Shown piece after piece: positions 47,824 through 61,206 of a stretch of DNA of 64,000 nucleotides. This stretch comes from Amoeboaphelidium occidentale (taxonomy: Eukaryota), in NCBI GenBank assembly GCA_023515795.1, contig JALGPX010000064.1, positions 1-64,000 on the forward strand. The letters run 5' to 3'. A model generated the notes under the pieces. The model did not search any database. It saw only the letters and a program-made list of their open reading frames with translations, and was not told the DNA's origin. Made by a program: the position numbers and the translations under genes. Each line of letters starts with the position of its first letter. The stretch's first letter is position 1.

Positions 47824-50062
47824 ATGAAACAAATCTTTAACATTTCAGAGGAACAGCCTTACTTAACACCAGCTTTTAAGGTTCCACCATCAAAGTATCA
47901 CAACACGCCTATTGTTATTGACCATGGCTCATGGCAGACTAGAGCAGGTTTTTCTAAGATGGACTCGCCCTGCTTGCAATTCGATAATTTATTGGCTAAA
48001 GTTAAAGATAAAAATACTGGGCAGAATGTTATTGTAGTTGGAAAAGATATTGAGTCTTATGGGGAGAAAGGGCATGTTCGTAATGCGTTTGATGGTTCAA
48101 GTTCAGTCGTGGTTCACGGTGAAATGCTAGAACATGAATTGGAGTATATTTTTTCCAATTTAGGATTCAAAGATGCTGTTAAAAGTCCTGTGCTGATGAC
48201 GGAGACTCTGTGTAATCCAGCAGCGAGCAGGCAAGTTACTTATGAAGTTCTGTTTGAATGTTACAATGTTCCACACGTAACTTATGGAGTTGATGCAGTC
48301 TATAGTTGCGCATTTAATGGCATATCACTCAAAGATGGCGGTATAATAATTTCTATGGGACATAATGCTACTACACTTATGCCGTTCTTTGATGGGAAGA
48401 TTTATCATAACTGCTGTAAGAGAATATCACTAGGAGGATCGCATGCTTCAGATTTTATGCTGAAACTAATGCAGCTGAAGTATCCTAACTTTCCTACAAA
48501 GATGACACTGGAAGAAGCTCAGATCTTGGTTAATCATCATACTCACATTCCAGAAAACTTCTTTGAAGAATTACACTCGTTTGAGAATGTAGACTCCATC
48601 GAAGAAAAGGAGCACATTATTCAATTTCCTTACACAGAAGTTATGGAGACTTCAGAAGAAAATGCACAAGAGATAGAACAAAGGCGAGAGCAACAACGAG
48701 AGCGAATGAAGAAACATGTTGAACAGCAACGATTGAAAAAGCTTGAGACTAAAGAGCGTGAGCTTTCTGACCTTATTTCTCTGAAGGAAACTAAGGAAGA
48801 AGATCCTGATTCTTTTGCCACTAATTTGCTTATTGCTGGTTATGAAACAGAGAAAGAATTGGATACTACGATCAGCTCGGCACAGGCTGCAATTAGGAAG
48901 ATTAAAAACAAGATGGAAGGCGTCGAAGACGAAGAACCAGAAATTAAAGAAACACCATCTTTTCCTCTTGTGGACATTCCAGATTCAGAGTTGGACGACG
49001 AGCAAAAGAGAGAAAAGAAGAAGCAACGTCTAATGAAAGCAAATTATGATGCCAGAGAGAAGGCTCGACAGGAAAAAGAAGCTCAACAAGCGGCATTAGA
49101 AGAAAAGGCTAAACTTGAAGAGGAAAAAAGACTGGCAGATCCAAAAGCTTACATTGAGGACCTGTATTCAAAGAGAACTCAAATTTTGGATAAGATCAAG
49201 GAGAAAAACAAGCAGTCTGAGGCCATGAATGATCGTAAGAGTAAGCTTGCCCAAAACAGGATGAAGAAGCTTGTTGGTCTTGCTGATGATGGAGGACTCA
49301 CGGCAGCCGGTACAAAAAAAAGAACTAGAAAAGAAGACGACGATGGTTTTGGGATGTCTGATGAGGACTGGATGGTTTATTATGATATCAAAAAGGGATC
49401 AGAAGAAGAAGAATTACAAGAACTTGAAGCAGACCTTGAAAATGTCGAGAATCTCCTTACACAATACGATCCTGAATTCTCACCTGATGACATTGACATG
49501 CAAACAGAGGAAAGAAACAAAAGTTTGTTCTATATCTTGAAGTATGGAAGAGATGGTTATCTGAAACATGACGATATCGCTGCACATCACCAGATTAGAA
49601 TGAACGTCGAGAGAATAAGGGTCCCAGAAATTTTCTTTCAACCATCAATTTGTGGTGTAGATGAAGCAGGCATCATTGAAACCCTTCAGACTATTCTGTC
49701 CCAATTTACTAAAGAACAGCAGAGCATTATGGTCAACAACATATTTATCACTGGAACTAATTCGATTTATCCTGGAATAGTAGAGCGTGTGGAATCAGAA
49801 GTGCGAGCATTTAGACCTTTCAAGTCTCAGTTTGGTGTGACACAAGCAAAAGATCCTCGTCTTGATGCATGGAGAGGAGCAGCACAATGGGTCAGAAACT
49901 TGGAGACAAAGAATCAGATACCAAAAGTATTTGTATCATACGAAGAATACATGGACAATGGACCTGAATATTTGGTAAGATTGTTAACAAATGAAAATTG
50001 TTTTTAATCTGTTTTAGAAAGAACATCAGTACTCTAATCGGTACTACAAACTGCAAGGCTAG
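47824..50062 (+). CDS. ARP5: Actin-related protein 5 (INO80 complex)
   Basis: PIVIDHGSW..RAG, LMQLKYP, long charged insert, DDGFG..DEDW, ERIRVPEIFFQPS, DAWRGA; short final exon. Confidence 0.93.
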
Positions 50063-50075
50063 AATCCTCCAACAA

Positions 50076-50939
50076 TCAATTATTCTTCTTTTCTTCCGAA
50101 GATTCTGGTCTCTTCGTGATAACTTCATCAATGAGCCCAAACTCAACTGCTTCTTCTGCGGACATAAAATAATCTCGATCTACAGCCTTTTCGATCTTTT
50201 CTAGTTCTCTTCCAGTGTGTTTGACATATAACTTGTTCATGCGATCTCTGATACTCAAAATTTCCTTTGCGTGGATTTCAATGTCAGAAGCTTGTCCCGA
50301 GTAACCACCAAGAGGCTAACAATGAAATAATAAGTGAGTTTCAGGGCTGTTTTACCTGATGTATCATGATCCTGGCATTTGGTAAAGAAAACCTCATTCC
50401 TGGAGCACCAGCAGTCAATAACATAGATCCCATTGACGAAGCTTGACCACAGCAAACAGTTCTTACAGGGGAATGGATAAACTGCATCGTATCATAAATA
50501 GCCATGCCAGAAGTTATGTAACCGCCTGCACACAAATAAACAAATTTATAAGCAAATACATACCAGGCGAGTTAATGTACAAACTGATTTCCTTGTGTGG
50601 ATTATCTGCTTCCAAAAATAAAAGCTGAGCAACGACCAGCGACGCAACATTATCGTCAATCTGACCATTCAAGCAAATAATCCGTTCCTTCAATAATCGA
50701 GAGAAACTTTCAATTTAGAATCCTTTAAAAGAGAATTGTTACATGTCCATCGCCCTTTCGCCGCCTCTTCCGCTCTGTTCAATGACATACGGGACCAAAT
50801 TAAGTCTTGGCTCATCCCTTCTGCCATGCTGCGACAGATTTCCAAAAGCATTTCCGTTAAAGAGCCTTCGCCCTGCACTGAAACTCAAAGGGCCAACTAA
50901 ATTCTGAGATAAATTCTTGTTAATGAGCGACTTTAGCAT
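50076..50939 (-). CDS. CLPP: Mitochondrial ClpP protease, multi-exon
   Basis: [51 protein letters not shown]. Confidence 0.93.
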
Positions 50940-51140
50940 TCTTTTCGATTATGGGCAGTTGTTTCAACACGCTTCAAAGAAAACAAGAAAGTTGTGATAG
51001 CGAACAGTTTCTATTAGGCTCGCAATAAAAGGAATTAAGATGCTGGAATATCAAGAACTGCTCTGACGCAATGATCAATCTGGGATACCTTCGTAACCAT
51101 CTCTGTGACCTCCCGTTGGAGCACGACACGAATTGCGACA

Positions 51141-52064
51141 CTACTTTAAATCAGGCTCTCGTAACAGTTCGGCGGCAGTGCTTCTCTGGTTGTAATCGTA
51201 ATGCAGCATCTTTAATATAAACTGTACAGTGACCTCATCGACGCCTAGTAGTAATTCTGAAAGATCACGTCCTTCTTTTGGTTCGAATGATAGTTTCATG
51301 TAATCTGGAGTATTGACAAAATCAGGCCATGTGGTAATTGGATTGCTGCCATTAGGAGTTCCCATCAAGTCAAAAACAACACATATCTGATCTATATCAG
51401 ATGATCCCTTGAATAGAACTCGCTTTGTAAGCATTTCTGCCATGATACAACCACAAGACCAAATGTCAACCCTGAAATCATAGTGCCTTGAAGCGAATAG
51501 GGTCTCTGGTGCTCGATACCATCGTGACATTATTTGATGGCTCATCTCTTCAGCTGGAGCGCATTCTCTAGCTAGACCGAAATCAGCAACCTTGATAACG
51601 CCGTCACTTGTTAACAAGATATTAGCCGGCTTTATGTCTCTGTGAATGACTTTTAACACATCGTGAACATAACACAGACCTGAAAGTATTTGTTTCATAT
51701 AGTTTAAAGCTTCCATCTTCGTGATCCCTGCTTTGATTTTATCTGCCAAATTGTTGGGCACATGTTCAAAGACCATAATGGTTTCAACTCCATTCACTTT
51801 AGAATCCAACAGTTTGATCACATTTAAATGGTTTAATCTGTGGCATATTTCAACTTCTCTTTTTATCCTTTTGCGATGTGTCGGCGCTTCTCTTGAAGAT
51901 GTTGGGCAGTAAACATGCTTGATCGCAACATAATCCTCATGATCATCTTTACAAATGTCACCCGAATGTTTCTTCTTTGCTAAGGCGACCGTTCCAAATG
52001 ATCCCTCGGCAAGATCTTTAATGTAAATGTACTTGCCTAGAATTTCTCCCTTGGAAAACATCAT
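51141..52064 (-). CDS. Cyclin-dependent kinase-like protein, CDK20/CCRK-like
   Basis: IHRDIKPANIL, ADFGLAR, SRWYRAPE, PDYMKLSF; lacks PSTAIRE. Confidence 0.75.
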   Translation of the reverse strand: MMFSKGEILGKYIYIKDLAEGSFGTVALAKKKHSGDICKDDHEDYVAIKHVYCPTSSREAPTHRKRIKREVEICHRLNHLNVIKLLDSKVNGVETIMVFEHVPNNLADKIKAGITKMEALNYMKQILSGLCYVHDVLKVIHRDIKPANILLTSDGVIKVADFGLARECAPAEEMSHQIMSRWYRAPETLFASRHYDFRVDIWSCGCIMAEMLTKRVLFKGSSDIDQICVVFDLMGTPNGSNPITTWPDFVNTPDYMKLSFEPKEGRDLSELLLGVDEVTVQFILKMLHYDYNQRSTAAELLREPDLK

Positions 52065-53373
52065 AAGAAAAACTTTGCAAGCTTCGAACTTTAAATTTGA
52101 TTTATTGAGCCTCTGCTGAAATCTTCTCATTATCGCCTTCAGGATCTGCTGGTGCTTCAACGCCCTCATTTAAAATGCTCATAATTTCAATTTGCTTTGT
52201 TAACTTGGCCTTTTCCCTCTCTAGCTTGGCGAATTCAAGCTTTGATAATTCCATGGCAGTTTTGTATGTCACATTCGACCTCTTTTCCAATGACCCAACA
52301 GTCTGAATGGAATATGATGCGCCATTCTGAAGCATCTGGTCAATTTTTTCTTCAAGGTTCTCATAAGTCACGGCATCATTTGGCGAAATGCTAAGTCCCG
52401 GAACAACGATTAACTGTGGTTTCTTTGTTGCTGCTTCTTCGCGCAACCTTTTCAATTCAGCAGATTTCTGTTTTCTCATAGCAACAGTTAATTGGTCCAG
52501 CGATGCTTTGATGGCGTTTCCTATATTAGGCTTGAAAGATTTAGTCTTGTTCACTTGATCGTTCTGATCATCGGTTGCTTTGGCTTCATTCTTTAGTTCC
52601 ATCTGCTTCTTCTGTATTTCCATATGATATTTCAATCGCNCAGTAAACATGCTTGATCGCAACATAATCCTCATGATCATCTTTACAAATGTCACCCGAA
52701 TGTTTCTTCTTTGCTAAGGCGACCGTTCCAAATGATCCCTCAGCAAGATCTTTAATGTAAACGTACTTGCCTAGAATTTCTCCCTTGGAAAACATCATAA
52801 GGAAAACTTTGCAAGCTTCGAACTTTAAATTTGATTTATTGAGCCTCTGCTGAAATCTTCTCATTATCGCCTTCAGGATCTGCTGGTGCTTCAACGCCCT
52901 CATTTAAAATGCTCATAATTTCAATTTGCTTTGTTAACTTGGCCTTTTCCCTCTCTAGCTTGGCGAATTCAAGCTTTGATAATTCCATGGCAGTTTTGTA
53001 TGTCACATTCGACCTCTTTTCCAATGACCCAACAGTCTGAATGGAATATGATGCGCCATTCTGAAGCATCTGGTCAATTTTTTCTTCAAGGTTCTCATAA
53101 GTCACGGCATCATTTGGCGAAATGCTAAGTCCCGGAACAACGATTAACTGTGGTTTCTTCGTTGCTGCTTCTTCGCGCAACCTTTTCAATTCAGCAGATT
53201 TATGTTTTCTCATAGCAACAGTTAATTGGTCCAGCGATGCTTTGATGGCGTTTCCTATATTAGGCTTGAAAGATTTAGTCTTGTTCACTTGATCGTTCTG
53301 ATCATCGGTTGCTTTGGCTTCATTCTTTAGTTCCATCTGCTTCTTCTGTATTTCCATATGATATTTCAATCGC
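51907..53373. repeat. 733-bp near-identical direct duplication across N52640 (probable assembly overlap)
   Basis: 51907-52639 vs 52641-53373 differ at a handful of SNPs; creates chimeric ORFs in the ORF track. Confidence 0.85.
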
Positions 53374-53799
53374 ATGTCTTCTACAGCCTTTTTATATGCA
53401 GCAACAGGATCATTAATAACGGAAGCGCTGACTTCAATATCGCTAGGAACCTCTTGAGCTCGATCAGCAACAAGGAACGGCTTGACATTCTTCAATGCGT
53501 CGTGGTATTCTTCGGTTCTCTTTTCTTCTTTTGCCTTTAATTTGCGTTCCTTCTTGAAAGCCCTTCGTTCGCTTGGAGGAACCCAAGGCACACGACCTTC
53601 TGCTACTTCGTAATTCTTTGAGAATTCAGGCGAAAACTATAATTAACGCGATACTTTGCCAAATACTTACCCTTGAGCGTCCTGTAGCATTATGTAGAAT
53701 CGTGCTCTTTGATGGTGTTACTCTTCTTAGTGGCGATATATGCGATCTTTTTGGTCTTATCGGCGGATGCCTTTGTCGCAGCACAAAACTTGCAATCAT
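52836..53799 (-). CDS. Coiled-coil mitochondrial protein, probably mitoribosomal mS26; 2 exons
   Basis: Arg/Ser-rich, acid-free presequence-like exon 1 (MIASFVLRQR...); YKKAVEDMRLKY and VTYENLEEKIDQML resemble mS26. Confidence 0.5.
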
Positions 53800-53821
53800 C
53801 TACCAATAAATGAAATTGCGA

Positions 53822-55373
53822 TTAAGCGACTATATTAAAATCATCATCAAACTTGAACCCAACCAAACTAAATTTACTCTTCTTTGCCTTCTTGCGCTTC
53901 TTCTTGGACTTGGCTGAACCGTCTTCTGTTGCAGGTCGTCTCTTCTTCTTTTGCTGTTCCGTAGTGTTTTCCCTGTCTTCTAGAGTGAAAATATCTACTT
54001 CATCTTCAGCACCACTGGCAATATCGTCAGGATATATCGGAACATTCAGTACATCATCAGACAGTTCCCATTCATCATCATCGTCTCCAAACGGCTGAAT
54101 CTTTTCAATTGTGACAACATCAACGTCAATGTCTTCTTCTTCAAACTTCCTTCTTGTGACTTCTTCTTCTGGGATGATATCAAACTCATCTTCTTTTTCA
54201 ATGTATTCAACATTAGTTTCTAATTCTTTGAAATCTGGAGCGAATGCACTCCAATTCTCCTCAGCTGTTTTAGTCCACAGATAGATCACTCCGATATTCG
54301 AAACAGAAGCCATTAAAGGCTTCAAAGGATGACAAGACATGTCTTCTACAGGTTCCTTTGGGCCTTCAAGGATTTTCGTCAAACTGCCAATATTAAGATC
54401 CCAAACATATAATTTATGATCATCGCTACTTGCTCCCATAACATAATCTCCTGTCCAATTGAAACAACAGGAAGACCATTGGATCCTATTAACAAGATCT
54501 TGAAACTTGTTCAAGAGTTCAGGTTCTTTTGTTTGTTCCTGCGACAAACTGTATAATCTGAGAATACGATCAGCTGCATTCACCAACATATTCTTTCCAT
54601 TGCGACTAACAACTATCTGTCGAATAGGAGAATTACTCGTTATTTTTGTACTGAACAAATGATCATGATTTACAAAAGAGAAAGCGTGAATGTATCCCTT
54701 GTTTGTTCCTACTAATAATCTCTTGCCTTTGAGATCAAAAGAAACTACACATGTCTTGTTTGGAGAATCTTTGTGTGTATCCGAGGAGAGCGCATCATTT
54801 GATGGAACTAAAAAGGAATGTGATCGTGCATACTCTTCACCAGGAGCCCATTCCACCACCATAGGCCAAGAATCTTGAGTACAAACAATTAAATTAGAAT
54901 TTGATGGATCTAAATGCACACTGTCTATCGAAGTGTTAAGCCTCAAAGTAAAAGCACGATCCAACTCAACAAGGTCCCAAACAATAACATTCCAATCAGA
55001 GGAAGATGAAACAAAGTATCGACCATTCTTGCTCCAACTAAAATACTCAGCGACAGAATTAATCGATGGAAACCTTATAGAAGTAACAGGGCCAATGTGC
55101 CCTGGCAGCGTCAGAACTTTGCTTCGAGTAATAACATCAAAAATCAAGCAGCGACCATCTCGACAACCTGCGCCGAGTAGCGTTCCTCTCCGATTAAATC
55201 GACAAGTTGTAATGCAAGTATCATCCAGGCAGTCGTCGATAACCTGCAATAATAATTAGTAAACACAAAAGCATAATAGGAACATACTTCCGGAAGCTCT
55301 TGATCAAAAGGGTCTTGACAAAAGTTAACATAAACGAAGCTTAATGAAACTTACTGAGTAATGTTATGTTCAT
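53822..55373 (-). CDS. RBBP5: COMPASS WD40 subunit Swd1/RBBP5
   Basis: FNRRGTLL, KFQDLVNR, ILEGPKE, ENWSAFAPDFKELETNVEYIEKEDEFD; two small 5' exons and an in-frame intron 55038-55073. Confidence 0.95.
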
Positions 55374-55519
55374 TCCGTAAAACTATTTTCCCTTCTGAGT
55401 ATGTTACGATAATAATAAAAAATGTTCCACAGAGTCTGTTGGGAACAAAACAGTTTTGCAAAGAGCACGGAAGCGAGCGAGCGAGACAAATCGTTTTCTT
55501 GTCCCAATTTCCACACAGA

Positions 55520-56042
55520 ATGGCAATTTACAAAAGCCTCGCAAACTTTCTAGACAGTAACTTATGCAGCCCTGAAACCCTTTTTGAAACTAATTTTACA
55601 GAACGGCTGGTTTTAATTTTACGGGATGGACGCAACTTAATTGGAGTGCTTCGATCTTATGATCAGTATTGTAACACTTTACACTTTTTAATTCTTATTA
55701 ACCTTCTGCTGCTGCTGCTGTTGTTGTTGTTTCTGTGTAGCTAACCTCGTATTCCAAGATACCGTCGAAAGAATCTACGCAAAGAACATGTACGCAGACA
55801 TTCCGCGTGGAATATTTCTAATCAGAGGAGAAAATGTTGTAACGATGGCAGAACTTGGCACAATTGAAGAATGCATCGAGGCAGAAAGGAAAAGAGGCCT
55901 TTTGGGTCCAGTGGATGTTCAGCAAGTTCTAATGCTACAGAAGGAAGAATTGGATCGCAAGGAACGCATGCAAAAGGCAAAGAAGATGATCATACTAGAA
56001 AAGGGCTCAGACTTTGAGATGGATTCTGTTCAGTTTCAATAA
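55520..56042 (+). CDS. LSM1: Sm-like protein Lsm1, 3 exons
   Basis: LILRDGRNLIGVLRSYDQY.NLV.QDTVERIY, GIFLIRGENVV. Confidence 0.9.
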
Positions 56043-56058
56043 TCATAAAATCGGCACT

Positions 56059-57271
56059 TTATTTTGCAGTGGTTTCAGCTAAATGGTTAGCACTCGTGCG
56101 TCCAGCCCTGAAAACAGATTCCTTGAGTCTCTTTCTTTCTCTTGTATTCGCATCTGATGGAACGTAAAACTCACAAATGAAACTGACAATATCATCTTCG
56201 TTCCATTCTACTTTAGCCCTTGGGCCCCAAATGTACTCGACATCTTTTGGGTCTTTAGTTGTACTCTGGTTGAATCTCTCAAGATATCTAAAATTAAAAT
56301 CAGTTAAAGCAACAAACGGAAACAGTTGTTACCCTTGTTTAACCCAAGTGTCCAGTAGAGCTTCCATATCACCAACATGATCTTCCAGTCTTTTACCTAA
56401 AGCATTCTCTGTGAAACCAATAGACAACAAGTATCTAGTCAAGATCGCATTTTTCAAGCATCCTTGGCTTAGATAAATAAATACCAGAATCATAGTCAAT
56501 GCACCGTAACCAACTTGTTGATCTTCCCTTAACTTCAGCACTTCTCTTTCTTGCTTTTCCATGATAGAGCACAGAGAGAATACATCGCTGGTCTTCTCTG
56601 TCTTCTTCACAGATGAATTCTTGTAAACAGCTTTCGTTGGCCATGAAACAACTTTGAAACCAAAAATATTCTCCAAGCGCATCTTTACTTTATCAAACAG
56701 CGGTTCAAATTTCTCATTTCCGATTATCTGGCGCACATCGGACTTCGTGAAACTTTGCTTCTTTGACTCTTTGAATAGGCACATTCGAATAACGTCACGG
56801 ATTCTGCGCTCTGTTTCATTGGCTGCCTTTTTTGGTAACTGACTTTTCCTGCGCTCAGCCGGAGCTACGTGAGCTGTTAGTGTGCTCTGACGGGCGACGC
56901 TCTTCCTGCCTCTCCTTCTGTTTGAGCTTGTTGCTTCTTCCATTTCTTCGTCGTCTTCATTATCGCTAACCACGAAATCATTCAAATCTTCGTCAGCTTC
57001 CTTTGAGCGTTTCTTACGGTTCTTACGAGAGTCCCTTACGGAAGACGACGGCTGTTCAGATTCTTCCTGGTCTTGGTCTTCGCTTGGAATGTTTTGTTTC
57101 AGTGGTAGCGATTCCCTGTTACGCTGCGATTTTCTTCTGGTCGGTTTCAAGTCGTCATCAGCTTCGATTTCTATTGGCTTTGAGCTGACCACATCGTCTT
57201 CGTCCTCATCGTCGTCTCTAATTCTTCTTGGCTAAAGGTTAGTAAGGGAATGTTTGAAAGGTTCGTACCAT
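56059..57271 (-). CDS. NSE3: MAGE-domain Nse3 (Smc5/6 complex); first coding exon is ATG only
   Basis: LENIFGF, GALTMILVFIYL, WVKQGYL, YIWGPRAKVE. Confidence 0.85.
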
Positions 57272-57501
57272 CTCAAACAGCGTCACACAGAAAAGCAAGC
57301 GAAGCACGGCGCAACAGTTTCGCAGTCGGTACTCCTTCTGGCGCGCACCAGAAAAGCACCAAAATTTAGATAAGACTGAAGATCTTCTCGTCTTAGGCTT
57401 ACAGATATGCTCATTAAACTATCTTGAACTTTCATTAAGATTTCTTTTATTTTTACCCTTCGCTTCCGCTCAGGAATTCGTAATAATCTGCAAATGGAAG
57501 G

Positions 57502-58629
57502 TTACAAGAAATAATCAGGAGTTCTTCTGGTGACATGTGGTTCTCCTCTTCTTGGGGCAGGTTCAAACTGTAAGAAGTTGTACTTCATGTGCTCATCTAA
57601 TTCCATAACTGCAGCTTGATTTCCGCAACGATAACAGTAATTAGGAGCACTAAAGATTGTAACAACATTATGATCTTGCGACCAGTTGTAGCCTTCCATA
57701 ACCAATTGATGGGCTCTGGCGACTAATTGAAGACCGTTATTATGATTGAAATTCTCTGAAATATCTTGACCAAAGGTGTATCCAGCACCGCGAGGAGAAA
57801 TACCCCAACCACAACGATCATCAGGATCAGACCATAACAAGTCACACATTGGGCCTACACAAAGTTTAAGTAACAGCAAGATCATAAATGATACCTTCAT
57901 GTGGTACTTCTTGAATACGATCAAGAGCTCTGACATGATCCAAAGTATCAATAGACGGAGATAATCCACCATGCAGACAGAATATCTGATTCTCAACGAT
58001 CGCAGTCAAAGGAAGATAATCAAATAAGTCAGTAAAGAATTTCCAAACGTTTGCGTTTCCGTACTTTCTAAGGCATTCATCGTAAAAGCCGTAAACTTGG
58101 GTAATCTGTCTGGACTCATGGTTTCCTCTGAGGATAGTAACTCGGTCCTTAAACCTGACCTTCAGCGCAACCAACAAAGTGACAGTTTCAACGGAATAGT
58201 ATCCTCTGTCAACGTAATCACCCATAAACAGATAATTTGTGTCTGGAGAGTTACCGCCAATACGGAATAGTTCAATTAAGTCATGGAATTGGCCATGGAT
58301 GTCTCCGCAGACCTTCAGGATCAGATCGCAGTGCCAGATCGCAACTTACCGTAACAGGAGCTCTTACAGGCTGCACATTCGACTCTTCAGCCAAAATTTC
58401 TCTGGCCTAATGGATTACATGAGAAGATTCTTCTTTAAAGTGTTGTGGGTACCTTGTCGCATAGACGCTTAATATCGTTCTCTGGTAATTGCTTGCACTG
58501 GCTCAAGCTCTGGACCCAAGCATCTAATTCTCCGATTTCAATGTGGGCTGAAGTTGAAGATGTGGATGGGGCTTGCCCTCCTGAAGTGCTTGAGACGGCT
58601 GATGTTACTGCTGTAGCAGGTGTGGCCAT
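57502..58629 (-). CDS. PPH21: Protein phosphatase 2A catalytic subunit, 4 exons
   Basis: [30 protein letters not shown]-terminal RRTPDYFL. Confidence 0.96.
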
Positions 58630-58897
58630 TTGGTCAGTTGTTTCCTACAAAAAGAAGCGACTTGGAATCGCTCTTTAAGCTTTCGCACAGTTACGTTACG
58701 GTATGACATTTAAAATTAAGATTTCACATTTAAGTGTCTTTCAGAGGGAATATCAACCGCTTTAAAATGCTATTAAAAGGTCCCACATTAGAAGTATAGA
58801 GGCGAAACACTGAAAGCTTTTTGCTCGAGAATGCGCCACAAAAAGAACCGAAAATTGACAACGATTTTTTCCTTTTATAAAAATTTAGAGTCGAATT

Positions 58898-59812
58898 ATG
58901 GATAGCTCAAACCCATTTTCTATCCTCGCTGAACAGGATGAACCAAAGATTGCTGCTGCACCAAAGAAGCAGCCAGCCAAGACACAAGCGGCTTCTATCC
59001 CTGGTGCTGCTGCTCCATCAAAGTCTTCCGCTGCACAGAATGGAAAACAAGCTGGAAAGCCTCAGAAGTCTTCTGCTGCTCCTGTTGATAAGAAAGTCGA
59101 AGGTTTTTATAAGCGCGTTTATTGAGTTTAACATTCAGGTTCCGATCAACCTATTGCTAATGGACATCACGAACATCGTCCTCACCACGGGCCAAGGAGA
59201 GGCCAAAAAGGATGGCACGGAAGAGGCCGCACATTCGACCGTCACTCTGCTATGCCAAAGGACTCTGAGCGCAAAGCTAACGCTGGATGGGGAACTGGAG
59301 AGGCTCCAACTGATGCTGAGGGCGTTACTGAGACTGAAATTACTCCAACTGGCGCTGAAGGAGAGAACGTTGAAGTTGCACCAGAAGTTCAGGAAGAACC
59401 TGAAGCACCTGTAAAGACTTTGGAGGAGTACTTGGCTGAGAAGGCTGCAGCTAAGTCGAACATCACCAGACAAGTTCGCAAGGTTGATGGCAGTCAGTAC
59501 ACAGACGTTGTTAGAATTAAGAAAGACGAAGAAGATGAAGCTCTATTTCCAGGTGTTGCAACTGCAAGCAAAGAAGACGGTAACAAGAAGAAGAAGGATC
59601 CTAAGAAGACTATTTTGGAAATTGACGCACAGTTCCAGCAGGTTCGTGTAAGTGGTAGAGGAAGAGGTGGCAGAGGTAGAGGTGGTGATCGTGGACGCGG
59701 TCGTGGTCGTGGTGAATCGCGTGGTGGTTCTCGTGGTGGTAGAGGTGCAGGTCGTGGTAATGCTAGAATACCTGATGTAAAAGATGTCAATTCATTCCCT
59801 GTTTTGGCATAA
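58898..59812 (+). CDS. STM1: Stm1/SERBP1 (HABP4/PAI-RBP1) ribosome-hibernation factor, 2 exons
   Basis: NPFSIL, FDRHS, GWG, KTLEEYL, RGG box, FPVLA end. Confidence 0.85.
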
Positions 59813-59886
59813 GTACTTAAAACAAAATAAAAGGTAAAATTTAAGTTCCTTAACGGAAGAATAAGATTTAATGAGAGATCGTGGAC

Positions 59887-61134
59887 TTAGCTACGCAAGA
59901 ATTCCAAGCCCTCAAAATCGTGCACGGAAACTATTTCAGCCAATGCTTGCACTTTCTGTTTGCTTAGAACAACCTTCAAGCGCCCATAATTCGGCTTGAA
60001 TGATAAGAAAGATCGTTTCTTCTTTGCTTCTGTTAAAACTGCCACAATGTGATCTTTCGTAAAACTATTCTGAAGAACATATTCCAATATAACTGTGTAA
60101 CAATCATTTGATTCTCCATCAGGTCCAATAGTTTCAACTTGTAAGAATCCTTCATATTTCACGAGAAGCTGTCTGAAGTTTTTCAAATTGCGTTCATTCA
60201 AAGATAAGCCAACTGCGACTGCCGTAAGTTCCTCTGAGCCTATGTTACATGCTTTCCTTGTAAATTCAATGATAGTAACAATTTGATCCCAGTCATCAAT
60301 GACTTGCGACACTCGATGTAGGAGAAAGATGTAATACTGATCTTTCGACGCTTTATATGGCTCTCCTGGTTTATACTGGCGCAAGAGAATGCCCAAAGCA
60401 TCAGACGGTGTTCTAGCTTCAAACAGTTTCCTTAAGAAATCCCCAGCAGACTTATTATCCAGAAGCATATTCTTTAAGCTATTTAAAGCGCCTAAATCAG
60501 CAATGAAGAATGAAACCATTTGAATAAGATAGTCATACAGATCATTACAGCCAGAAGTCAAAGCGTTGTAGATTCTCCTTTTGAGTCTTCGGGCCAATGG
60601 ATAATTTTTAAAATATTGGTGCTTGTATGGATTAGAGCTTTCATACAACCCTGTGCGTACCAGCTGGGCGAATTCTTGAGCAGAAGGAACATTGTTCACC
60701 TTGACACACCAATTCGCCAATTCAAAGTTACACTCCGCCTTTGCGTCTACTCTGAGCACACTGGGATAATTGACATTCCACTTGTCAATAATTGCCTTAT
60801 TTCTGTCGAGCATCGCCTTGATGGCATCATTGAACTTCATACTTGTCGCAGTATCTATCAAACTGCAATAGAACTCACATTCCCAACCGCAACCATTTCC
60901 CAATAAACCGTCTATCAATAGCCCAAGTAGCTTTGGGTTCAGCTCTTCATGATAGTAATTTTGAATATCGTTATGCTTCATTATCAATCCTTTTCGTTGG
61001 TACCATACCATGACCCAATAGATTTCGTATAAGAACTTGAACTTTCTTGATCTTATCCTTAGTAAGTTCAAATGATCATTACGGTCAAGTAAAAAGCAGA
61101 TCTCTTGAAGAAGTTCCTGGGGGAGGGATTCCAT
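59887..61134 (-). CDS. F-box protein with uncharacterised C-terminus
   Basis: N-terminal ESLPQELLQEICFLLDRNDHLNL F-box; intronless. Confidence 0.7.
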   Translation of the reverse strand: MESLPQELLQEICFLLDRNDHLNLLRIRSRKFKFLYEIYWVMVWYQRKGLIMKHNDIQNYYHEELNPKLLGLLIDGLLGNGCGWECEFYCSLIDTATSMKFNDAIKAMLDRNKAIIDKWNVNYPSVLRVDAKAECNFELANWCVKVNNVPSAQEFAQLVRTGLYESSNPYKHQYFKNYPLARRLKRRIYNALTSGCNDLYDYLIQMVSFFIADLGALNSLKNMLLDNKSAGDFLRKLFEARTPSDALGILLRQYKPGEPYKASKDQYYIFLLHRVSQVIDDWDQIVTIIEFTRKACNIGSEELTAVAVGLSLNERNLKNFRQLLVKYEGFLQVETIGPDGESNDCYTVILEYVLQNSFTKDHIVAVLTEAKKKRSFLSFKPNYGRLKVVLSKQKVQALAEIVSVHDFEGLEFLRS

Positions 61135-61206
61135 GGCTCTGTTCCGCTAGCTTTTGCTCAAGTTTTGAAAGTGTCAAGAAGATTCAAGATTGAAGAAAAG
61201 CACAAT

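Noticed and set aside
52102..52903. Second kinase copy and kinase/coiled-coil fusion ORFs
   Set aside because: These are products of the 733-bp overlap across N52640.
59650..59760. GGT/CGT-rich repeat as a repeat array
   Set aside because: It simply encodes the RGG box of Stm1/SERBP1.
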